A DNA stretch of 64,000 bases from an uncultured delta proteobacterium. GTDB taxonomy: Bacteria > Myxococcota_A > Polyangia > Polyangiales > Polyangiaceae. The stretch lies in the NCBI GenBank assembly GCA_963806225.1, contig CAWDXG010000001.1, positions 800,001 through 864,000 of the forward strand. Reading direction: 5' to 3'. This document shows, piece by piece, positions 19,746 to 27,928 of the stretch. Within the stretch, counting starts at the first letter, position 1. Each line of letters starts with the position of its first letter. The notes beneath the pieces are model-generated. The model was not told the origin of the DNA. It did not search any database and saw only the letters and a list, made by a program, of their open reading frames with translations. The translations under genes and the position numbers were made by a program.

Positions 19746-21341
19746 CTAGCGGTGCACCACGAACGTCGTCGCGGGTCCGAGCTTCGGCTCCCAGCGCACG
19801 CCGTGCCAGCCGTCGGGCAGCTCCGGCTCGGTGAAGTAGAACAGCCATTTCCCGTCGATGGGCGAGACGTTCACGCAACCGCCGCTCATGCGCTGGCCCC
19901 AGTTGTTGTGCCAGTAGGCGCCGTGCAGCGCGTGCGGGCCGTGGAAGTTCTGGGTCCAGGGCACGTCCGAGTGGATGTACTCGTGCGGCGCGACCATGGC
20001 CGCCGTGATGAACTTGCCGGTGATCTTGAAATTGCCGGTGGGCGTCGACGCGGTCTCGAGCGCCGTCTTGCCGGGCACCGGCGTGCCGCCGCGGCCGGGC
20101 GAGATCATCGTCACGAACACCGGCTCGGTATCCACATAGGCGATCAGCCAGCCGCCCCACACGCTCGCCTCGATCCAGGTGCGGCGGCCCTTCGGCGCGT
20201 TCGGGCTCTTGTCCGGCTCGCCCAGCTTGGCGCCCCAGGGCGTGGTCGCCTGCGGCGTGGGCACCACCGCCTCGTTCTTCTTCACCCACAGACCGTGATC
20301 GCGCGTCTCCAGGTACTCCGTGCCGTCCTTCTTCTCCGACTTTCCCGTCAGCTCCACCCACGAGAGCCGCTTCCACTTGTCGCCGGTGTCCGTGAACGCG
20401 CCGTCCCCGTCCTTCTTGTACTTCGGCCGGTCCTTGCCGCGGAAGAACGCCAGCGGCAGCTTGGCGCCCTGGCCCAGGTGTACGCCGTGGAACGTCACCT
20501 TCGGGTACGGCACCACGCGATCCTTGGGCACCCACATGTAGTCCGCGCTGAGCAGCCAGGTGCGTCCGTTCTTCTGCACCTCGCCCTGCCACGCCACGGT
20601 CGACTGGTTCCGCAAGCGATTGCGCACCTCGTACACGGTGTGGGGCAGCGCCGGCAGCGCGATGTGGGCGTCGACCGGGGCCGGCGTCAGATCCACGCCT
20701 TCTAGCATCCCCTTCGCCGTCCCGCCGTCGAGGATCGCGCGGACCTGTTTCATGTGGGCTTCGAAATCCCACTCGCGCGCGCGCTCCTGCTTCTCGTCGG
20801 GGATCGTCTTGTAGCGCTGCAGATCGCGCGATTCGCCGTAGTGGCTCGGCCAGGGGGAGCTCATGTCCGGCCCGTAGCGCTTCTCGGCCTGGTACACCGG
20901 GTCGTTCTTGTCGAGCGTGGCGCGCTCGCCGTCCACGCACACGTAGCCGCGCGGCTCGATCGCGTACCACCCCGGGCAGCCCGGCCCCTGCACGGGCTTG
21001 GCCTTCTTCAGCTTCACCGAGCCGCCGCTCCACAGATAGCCGATCCACTGATGGCCGAATTCCGGAACCGGCATCACCCAGATGAAGCGCGACTTGGCGT
21101 ACGCGCGCGGCGCGTCGTCCACTGGCTTCGGCTTCGCGGGCGCGGCGCTGGCGGGCGGCTTTGCGGCTGCACTCGTGGCGGGCTTGGCGCGGGGAGCCCC
21201 ACTGGCCGGTGGCACCACCGCCGCGGCCGACGGCGGATCCTTGTGCTCGCTACCCGCGCAGCCCAGAGCGAGCAGCGCGAGCCCCCACGCGGGGCACGAG
21301 CGGAAGTGGAGCCGGCCAAGCACGGCCCGACCGTACCGCAC
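19746..21341 (-). CDS. L,D-transpeptidase family lipoprotein
   Basis: Lipobox ALGC. TP.GNFKI..K, ALHGAYWH.....MSGGCVNVSP (catalytic His/Cys). Exact start is uncertain. Confidence 0.88.
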   Translation of the reverse strand: MRYGRAVLGRLHFRSCPAWGLALLALGCAGSEHKDPPSAAAVVPPASGAPRAKPATSAAAKPPASAAPAKPKPVDDAPRAYAKSRFIWVMPVPEFGHQWIGYLWSGGSVKLKKAKPVQGPGCPGWYAIEPRGYVCVDGERATLDKNDPVYQAEKRYGPDMSSPWPSHYGESRDLQRYKTIPDEKQERAREWDFEAHMKQVRAILDGGTAKGMLEGVDLTPAPVDAHIALPALPHTVYEVRNRLRNQSTVAWQGEVQKNGRTWLLSADYMWVPKDRVVPYPKVTFHGVHLGQGAKLPLAFFRGKDRPKYKKDGDGAFTDTGDKWKRLSWVELTGKSEKKDGTEYLETRDHGLWVKKNEAVVPTPQATTPWGAKLGEPDKSPNAPKGRRTWIEASVWGGWLIAYVDTEPVFVTMISPGRGGTPVPGKTALETASTPTGNFKITGKFITAAMVAPHEYIHSDVPWTQNFHGPHALHGAYWHNNWGQRMSGGCVNVSPIDGKWLFYFTEPELPDGWHGVRWEPKLGPATTFVVHR

Positions 21342-21436
21342 GCCTGGACGCCGGACAAAGTCAGGCGCAGTGCGGCCTGCCGGGCGAGCGTAACGTCGCG
21401 GATTGGTTGCGCTCCGCTCGTGCTAGGCCAGAGCGC

Positions 21437-22111
21437 GTGGACGGGCCGCCGACAACGGAATCCGAGCTGCTGGAACGCGCGCGGCGTCTCGCCGGCCTCG
21501 CGCTCGGCGAGCTGGCCGCGCGCCACGGGCTCGAGGCGCCGCCCGACCTGCGCCGCGCCAAGGGCTTCACTGGCCAGCTTGTCGAACGCGCCCTCGGCGC
21601 CACGGCCGCGTCTCGCGCAGAGCCCGACTTCGAAGCGCTCGGCATCGAGCTGAAGACGCTGCCCGTCGATTCGCGTGGGCGGCCCTGCGAGTCGACCTTC
21701 GTCACCACCATCCCGCTCACCGAGATCGGCGACGTCGAGTGGGAGCACTCGCGTGTGCGCCGCAAGCTCGCGCGGGTCTTGTGGATGCCGGTCGAGGGTG
21801 AGCGCCAGATCCCCGTGCCACGCCGCCGACTCGGAGAGCCGCTCCTCTGGAGCCCCGACGCCGAGGACGAGGCCGCGCTGCGCTTCGACTGGGAAGAGCT
21901 GGCCGGCATCATCGGCCTCGGCGACGTTGAGCGCGTGACCGGTCACCTCGGCCGCTACCTGCAGATCCGCCCCAAGGCCGCCAACTCGCGTGCCCGCCGC
22001 CGCGGCACCGACGAGGACGGCGCTCCCTTCGCGACGATGCCGAAAGGCTTCTACCTGCGCGCCGCGTTCACCGCGCGCATCCTCGAGAAACACTACGTGT
22101 TGCCTCGCTGA
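21437..22111 (+). CDS. mutH: MutH/Sau3AI-family endonuclease
   Basis: ELLERARRLAG, KGFTGQLVERALGA, PDF..LGIELKTLPV, ESTFV, DWEEL, LQIRPKAAN and GFYLR. Confidence 0.9.
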   Translation: MDGPPTTESELLERARRLAGLALGELAARHGLEAPPDLRRAKGFTGQLVERALGATAASRAEPDFEALGIELKTLPVDSRGRPCESTFVTTIPLTEIGDVEWEHSRVRRKLARVLWMPVEGERQIPVPRRRLGEPLLWSPDAEDEAALRFDWEELAGIIGLGDVERVTGHLGRYLQIRPKAANSRARRRGTDEDGAPFATMPKGFYLRAAFTARILEKHYVLPR

Positions 22112-22258
22112 GGGGGCTCGAAGAGCTCGCCGTGTTCGACCCGCGGCCGCCTGGCAGGCAGCATGGACGCTCCGACCAGATCCCGTGCACGAGGAGAAGC
22201 GTGCGCCGGAGCATCCATGTCGATTGGATTGCGCATTCCTTTGGCGCACACTGGCCGC

Positions 22259-22699
22259 GTGAACGAAGGCGAATCGCGGCGCTTCAAGACCGGCTACCGG
22301 CTGGCCCAACTCGGCGCGCTGCTGCACATCCTGGGCGGCCTCGGCGACCAGAGCATCCGCGCGCTGCTGCCCGCGCACATCGCCATCGTCGGCGCGAACG
22401 CCGCCGCCGAGCCCGGTGTCGGCCGGCTTGTGCTCGCACTGCTGCACGTGCTCGGCTCGTCGCTCGCCGCAGCCGGCCTCGCGCTCTTGATATTGCTTCA
22501 CTTCTGGCGCCGCGAGCGCTCGCCCCGGCTCGCGCTCGGCATCGTCGCCGTCGCCCTCCTCGCCGAAGGCGTCAACGGAGCCGGCCTGCTTTCGCTCGGC
22601 GAATGGATCGGGCTCGTGCCGCTGTCGTTCGCGGTGATGGTCGTCGTGGGGGTGGTCGTGGCGGGAGCGGCGCGGCGCGGGGGCGCAGGGGACGAGTAG
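22259..22699 (+). CDS. Hypothetical membrane protein (about 4 TM helices)
   Basis: Four hydrophobic segments. Fills the gap between mutH and the nitroreductase. Start is uncertain. Confidence 0.6.
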   Translation: MNEGESRRFKTGYRLAQLGALLHILGGLGDQSIRALLPAHIAIVGANAAAEPGVGRLVLALLHVLGSSLAAAGLALLILLHFWRRERSPRLALGIVAVALLAEGVNGAGLLSLGEWIGLVPLSFAVMVVVGVVVAGAARRGGAGDE

Positions 22700-22735
22700 C
22701 AGAGCCGCCCCGCAGGGCCAGGAAATCCAGCCCGG

Positions 22736-23428
22736 CTACGCTGTGCGCGGGTCGAACACGGCGAGCTCGTCGAGCGATTTGCGACGGAGGTCGGGCACCG
22801 TCGCGTCGGCGGCGGGGTAGCCGATGGGGAAGAGGATGTACGGCTTCTCGCTCTTCGGGCGACCGAGGATGCGCGTGAGGAAGCCCATCGGGCTCGGCGT
22901 GTGGGTCAGCGTCGCGAGCCCCATCTGGTGCAGGGCGGCGATGAACATTCCGCAGGCAATGCCGACGCTTTCCTTCACGTAGTAGTTCTTGCGGCGGCTG
23001 CCGTCTGCATCCACGCCGTACAGCTCCTCGAACACCACGACGATCCACGGCACCGTCTCCAGGTACGGCTTGTGCCAGTCGGTGCCGAGCGGCGCGAGCG
23101 CTTCCAGCCATTCGGGCGGCATGCGTCCGCCCTCGTAGCTTTCGCGCTCCTCGGCTTCGGCGGCGATGCGGATCTCGCGTTTGATGTCCGGATCGCTCAC
23201 CGCGACGAAGCGCCAGGGCTGGCGGTGGGCGCCCGAGGGTGCGGTGCCGGCCGTCTGGATGGCGAGCTCCAAGGCCTCGCGGGGGACGGGCTCGTCGGAG
23301 AAGAAGCGGCAGCTCCGCCGCTGGTTCATCCGCTCATAGAAGGCGCGGCCGCGCTCGAGCATCTCGGCCGGCTCCACGCGCTCGGGGTGGTAGGGAATGA
23401 AGGCGCGCTCCTGTCGTTCCGCGGACAT
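22736..23428 (-). CDS. Iodotyrosine deiodinase-like nitroreductase
   Basis: RRSCRFFS, APSGAHRQPW, lid EAEERESY...LGTDWHKPYL, YYVKESVGIA and TLTHTPSPM. Confidence 0.88.
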   Translation of the reverse strand: MSAERQERAFIPYHPERVEPAEMLERGRAFYERMNQRRSCRFFSDEPVPREALELAIQTAGTAPSGAHRQPWRFVAVSDPDIKREIRIAAEAEERESYEGGRMPPEWLEALAPLGTDWHKPYLETVPWIVVVFEELYGVDADGSRRKNYYVKESVGIACGMFIAALHQMGLATLTHTPSPMGFLTRILGRPKSEKPYILFPIGYPAADATVPDLRRKSLDELAVFDPRTA

Positions 23429-23608
23429 GGCGCGGAGTGTAGGGGAAAGCGCCCTGCGGCGTCAGCCGCGTGGAACAAGTACTCCGGCGTTGTGTCTGTC
23501 CAGGGGTCATGCCGAGGGCCGCCGGGATAGCTCTGCTAAGGTCGCCCTGCCCTGCAAGCTGAAGCTGCTTCCGTCGAGCTTCGTGCGCGCGACGCCGTAG
23601 CCGCGGCT

Positions 23609-25225
23609 TCAGTGCTTCTGGTGCTTGCCGCGCTTGTCGCTCTTGCGCGAGCGGCCGTGGTGGTGATGGCGCTCGGCGGTGCGGTGGTGTTTCGCGGCAT
23701 GATGCGCCTTGGCGTGCTGTGCGACGCGCTTGTCCTTGTGGCTGGCGGCGTGCCGTGTCTTGTGAGCCACGCGCTTCGCGGAATGCCGCGTGCGCCGGTC
23801 GGCGTGCTTCGCGCGTTTCGCGAGCCGCTTGACGGGCGCCGCGCGGTGCGTCGCGGGATGCTGATGTCGCGCGGAGTGGCTGCGCGCCTTGGCGGAGCGC
23901 TTCGCGTGCTGCGCGTGCTTGGCGTGGCCGGCGTGGCTGTGATGCCCGGACGAGTGCGGGTCGGTCTTGGCGGTGCGCTCGGCGTGCTTCGACGGATGCG
24001 GGTCGTGCTGGTCCGCGCGCTTCGCGGAGCGGCGGTCCTGCTGGTGTTCGCCGGCGTGTTTCGAGGCGTGCTTGTCGGCGCCGGCAGGGCGGTCGTGATG
24101 CGTGGAGGACGCCTTGTCGTGCTGGTCGTGCCGCCTGTCGGTGTTGTCCGTCTTGGCCAGCTTGCCGCTCGCCTGCGGCGCGTCGTCGTCCTTCGGCGCG
24201 GTCTCGTCGGCGAGCTTCGTTGCGTGCTTCTTGGGATGGTGATGGTGCCGATGTCCGGGCAGATAGCGCGGCAGCATCGCCAGCGTCACGCCGAGCGGCA
24301 GGACGCCGAAGTGGAAGTGGCTGGCGTGATCGGCGTTGCTGTCAGGCGTCAGCACCTCGCGGAACAGTCCCATCGCCTTGACGCGGCACCCGACCTGGTC
24401 GAGCACCGGCGCCGCGGGGCTGCAGCCCGCGCTGCCCATGCCGCGCGTGAACGCCTTCGACACCTTGTGCATCCTGCCGTCGGCGACCATGCCCTCGATG
24501 TCGATGGCCAGTCCGTAGGCGTGAAGGCTGAGCCGCCCGACCCGCGCCATGCGGTACGAGTAGGTGCCGATGTAGCGCACCTCGGTCACGCCGATCTGCT
24601 TCAGGACGGGCGCGATCCACTCCAGCGCGACCACGAAGCGGCAGTCGGCGACCAGCGGTCGCTTGCCCCACGAGCGGTAGCGGATGCCGCCGATGGGAGT
24701 CTTGACCGACACCGGCGTCTTGATGCCCTTGACGTGATCGAGCCGCGAGTAGAGCAGATGGAAGCCGTCGAGCATCTCCAGGCAGGCGCTGCCGCCGGGG
24801 ATGTGCGAGCTCGAGACGTGCGCGGTTGGCGGCGGCGGCACGCGTCGCAGCATCTTCTTCAATGCGGCAATCTCGTCGGCCGGCGGCTTCACGCTGTGTG
24901 CGTCCGGCAGGTCCGGCGAAAGCAACGGTGCCGGTTCGGTCAGGCTGCCCGGCGCAGCAGGTGCTACGGCCGGTGCGCCGATCAGGTTCGAGCGCGGTGC
25001 GGCCGCCCCCGAAGGGCGCGGGCTCGACCGGAGCGGTTGCGCCGCGAGCCTCGCCGGACCTGCCCACGCCCAGGCGGCGGCAGTCCGCGATGTGGCGCCC
25101 CAGGGCGCCGCGGCGGGCCTCGCGACCGGCGCGGCCGCCTGGAGCGGCGCGGCCGGCGGCACCGTCTCGCGCGCGCAGCCTGCTGCCAGCACGACCAGCG
25201 ACAGCGGCACGAGGGGGCAACGCAT
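23609..25225 (-). CDS. Extensin-like (M15/LAS-type peptidase fold) lipoprotein with long His/Lys/Ala-rich tail
   Basis: Lipobox LAAGC, Pro/Ala linker, GTYSYR, SLHAYGLAIDI and LTPDSNADHASHFH, then a basic low-complexity tail. Confidence 0.8.
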   Translation of the reverse strand: MRCPLVPLSLVVLAAGCARETVPPAAPLQAAAPVARPAAAPWGATSRTAAAWAWAGPARLAAQPLRSSPRPSGAAAPRSNLIGAPAVAPAAPGSLTEPAPLLSPDLPDAHSVKPPADEIAALKKMLRRVPPPPTAHVSSSHIPGGSACLEMLDGFHLLYSRLDHVKGIKTPVSVKTPIGGIRYRSWGKRPLVADCRFVVALEWIAPVLKQIGVTEVRYIGTYSYRMARVGRLSLHAYGLAIDIEGMVADGRMHKVSKAFTRGMGSAGCSPAAPVLDQVGCRVKAMGLFREVLTPDSNADHASHFHFGVLPLGVTLAMLPRYLPGHRHHHHPKKHATKLADETAPKDDDAPQASGKLAKTDNTDRRHDQHDKASSTHHDRPAGADKHASKHAGEHQQDRRSAKRADQHDPHPSKHAERTAKTDPHSSGHHSHAGHAKHAQHAKRSAKARSHSARHQHPATHRAAPVKRLAKRAKHADRRTRHSAKRVAHKTRHAASHKDKRVAQHAKAHHAAKHHRTAERHHHHGRSRKSDKRGKHQKH

Positions 25226-25348
25226 GACCTGGCCGGTTGTCGCATGCGCCGGTCAAGCCACCCAAGAAACCCGATGAAGGCTACCGGAGTACTGTACGTA
25301 CAGGGAGTGGCCCGGCGCTCGGGCTGTTCCTGTTCTAGGCTATCGTCT

Positions 25349-26279
25349 GTGACCGCTCCCCATCCGCCGCAACACCGCCCGAAGCCGTTTGCCCGGAAGT
25401 TCCGCCCGGGCTTCATGGGGATGACCATTGGTCTGGCGCTGGTGGTGACGCCGGCGATCGGGCTCTTGGCGGAACATCTCGACGACCCTGCGGCGGTGCG
25501 CGAGGCGCAGGCCGAGGAGGCCGACCAGGACGCGCGCGACGCGATGCTGAAACGAGGTTGGGCGCCATTTCCCGATCAGGGCCCCGGCGCCGACAGCGCC
25601 GCGCACTTACTGAAGTCGCGCGACGTTCGAGCTGCTGCACGCGACGAAGAGTTTCCGTCTCGATCTCGGCGGTGGCCCCCTGCACGGGCGCGCGGCGTCG
25701 GCCGCCGACAGCGCCCGGGCGGCGCGTGTCGTGGCAGCCGAGCTCCGGCGTTATCCGCGCGCGTTCCTCGGGGCGAGCCGTTTCCGTCGCGTGCTGCTGT
25801 GCAGCGGGCTCGCGGAGGGCAAGACCGACATCCCGTCGCTGCCCAACTACGAGCACACGTTGCTGCTCGACATCGACGCCAAGCCCTTCGAGCTTCGCCG
25901 CCTGCTCGATCACGAGCTGTTTCACTTCGCCGACTACGCCGACGACAACGACGTCCAGCACGACCCCGCGTGGGACAAGCTGAACGACCACTGGTTCACC
26001 TACGGTGACGGCGGACGCTTCATGCGCGACCCCGACAGCGCGAAGCTCACGACCAAGCTCCCCGGTTTCGTCACCCGCTACGCCACCTCGGCCCTGGAAG
26101 AAGACAAGGCGGAAACCTTCGCCTTCATGATGGTTGCGCCGCAGAAGGTGGTCGCCATGGCCTCGCGCGATCCGATCCTGAAGAAGAAGATCCTCGCCGT
26201 CGAACGGCAGCTCGCGCGGCTGAGCCCGTCCATCGACGCGCGGTTCTGGGCGGCGCAGGGGCTTTCGGGGGTGCGGTAG
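25349..26279 (+). CDS. Membrane-anchored putative zinc metallopeptidase (+1 frameshift at ~25620)
   Basis: N-terminal TM helix, then ELRRYP, HELFH (HExxH) and GFVTRYATSALEEDKAE. Confidence 0.75.
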
Positions 26280-26529
26280 AGCTCCTGGGGATGCAACGCT
26301 CGCGCTGCGTCACCGGGATCCAGACTCGCTCCGATCTTTTCTTCGTGGGAAGCCGCCTGACCGGACGACGACGGCGCCAGAGGTCGAGATGACAGAAGAG
26401 GAAGCCGGCAATTCCCGCCTGTCGGAGCGCTGGTATGCCGCGGCGCGTCGTGACAGGTATCAGGTCCGCCCCCCACAGCCGCGCGCGTCGGAGCTAGGGT
26501 TCGGCCCCCACCCCAAAGGAGGGCTGAAG

Positions 26530-27870
26530 ATGACCAGCTCCGTCGAAGCATTCATGGACAGCTTGCAGAACAAGAACCCGGGAGAGACCGAGTTCCTCCA
26601 GGCCGCACACGAAGTCGTCGAATCCGTGATGCCGGTGATCGAGAAGAACCCGGCGTACAGGAATGCCCGCATCCTCGAACGTATGACCGAGCCGGAGCGC
26701 GTGATCATGTTCCGCGTCCCGTGGGTCGACGATCGCGGCGAGGTCCAGATCAACCGGGGCTTCCGTATCGAGATGAACAGCGCGCTCGGACCGTACAAGG
26801 GCGGCTTGCGCTTCCACCCGCAGGTGCGGCTCGGCGTGTTGAAGTTCCTCGCGTTCGAGCAGGTGTTCAAGAACAGCCTGACCACGCTGCAGATGGGCGG
26901 CGGCAAGGGTGGTAGCGATTTCGATCCGAAGGGCAAGAGCGACATGGAGGTGATGCGCTTCTGCCAGGCGTTCATGAGCGAGCTGTTCCGGCACATCGGT
27001 CCGAACACGGACGTGCCGGCAGGCGATGTGGGCGTGGGTGCCCGCGAGATCGGCTACCTGTTCGGCCAGTACAAGAAGCTCAGGAACGAGTTCACCGGCG
27101 TCCTCACCGGCAAGGGTCTGAACTGGGGTGGCTCGCTGATCCGTCCGGAGGCCACGGGCTACGGCGCCGTGTACTTCGCCCAGGAGATGCTCGCGACGCG
27201 GAAGAAGGAGATCAAGGGGCTGACCGTGACCGTCTCGGGTAGCGGCAACGTCGCGCAGTACGCCGTCGAGAAGATCAACGATCTCGGCGGCAAGGTCGTC
27301 ACGCTCTCCGATTCCGGCGGCGCGATCCACGACCCGGACGGCATCGGGCCCGAGAAGCTGGCCTGGGTCATGAAGCTCAAGAACGGCAGGCGCGGCCGCA
27401 TCCAAGAATACGAGCAGCAGTTCAAGGGCTCGAAGTTCATCGAAGGCGGAAAGGCCTGGGCAATCCCCTGTGACATCGCTCTGCCCTGCGCGATCGAGAA
27501 CGAGCTGGACGGCGACGATGCGCGCACGCTCGTGAAGAACGGCTGCATCTGCGTCTCGGAGGGCGCGAACATGCCCACCACGCCCGAAGGCATCGACGTC
27601 TTCCGCGACAGCAAGGTCCTCTACGGTCCGGGCAAGGCTGCGAACGCCGGCGGCGTCGCGACGTCGGGCCTGGAGATGGCGCAGAATTCCCAGCACATGA
27701 GCTGGACGCGGGAGGAGGTCGACGACCGCCTCCACATCATCATGTGCTCGATCCACGAGGAGTGCGTGAAGCACGGCAAGCAGGGCGACTTCATCGATTA
27801 CGTCGTGGGCGCAAACGTCGCCGGATTCGTCAAGGTGGCGGACGCCATGCTCGACCAGGGCATTGTCTAG
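26530..27870 (+). CDS. gdhA: NADP-specific glutamate dehydrogenase
   Basis: GPYKGGLRFHP, GGGKGGSDFDPKG, DVPAGD, RPEATGYG and GSGNVAQ. SD AAAGGAGG upstream. Confidence 0.97.
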   Translation: MTSSVEAFMDSLQNKNPGETEFLQAAHEVVESVMPVIEKNPAYRNARILERMTEPERVIMFRVPWVDDRGEVQINRGFRIEMNSALGPYKGGLRFHPQVRLGVLKFLAFEQVFKNSLTTLQMGGGKGGSDFDPKGKSDMEVMRFCQAFMSELFRHIGPNTDVPAGDVGVGAREIGYLFGQYKKLRNEFTGVLTGKGLNWGGSLIRPEATGYGAVYFAQEMLATRKKEIKGLTVTVSGSGNVAQYAVEKINDLGGKVVTLSDSGGAIHDPDGIGPEKLAWVMKLKNGRRGRIQEYEQQFKGSKFIEGGKAWAIPCDIALPCAIENELDGDDARTLVKNGCICVSEGANMPTTPEGIDVFRDSKVLYGPGKAANAGGVATSGLEMAQNSQHMSWTREEVDDRLHIIMCSIHEECVKHGKQGDFIDYVVGANVAGFVKVADAMLDQGIV

Positions 27871-27928
27871 TTCTTCCCCCGCCGGCTCCTTGCAGGGGCG
27901 CGGGGAGTCGGCAGACTAGTCCTGGACG

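Noticed and set aside
19870..19900. SGGCVN instead of SHGCVN in the L,D-transpeptidase as a sign of inactivity
   Set aside because: The catalytic Cys and the upstream His (ALHG) are retained, so this is likely normal family variation.
26494..27774. Long antisense ORFs opposite gdhA and many other genes
   Set aside because: Expected from high-GC codon bias. No protein motifs.
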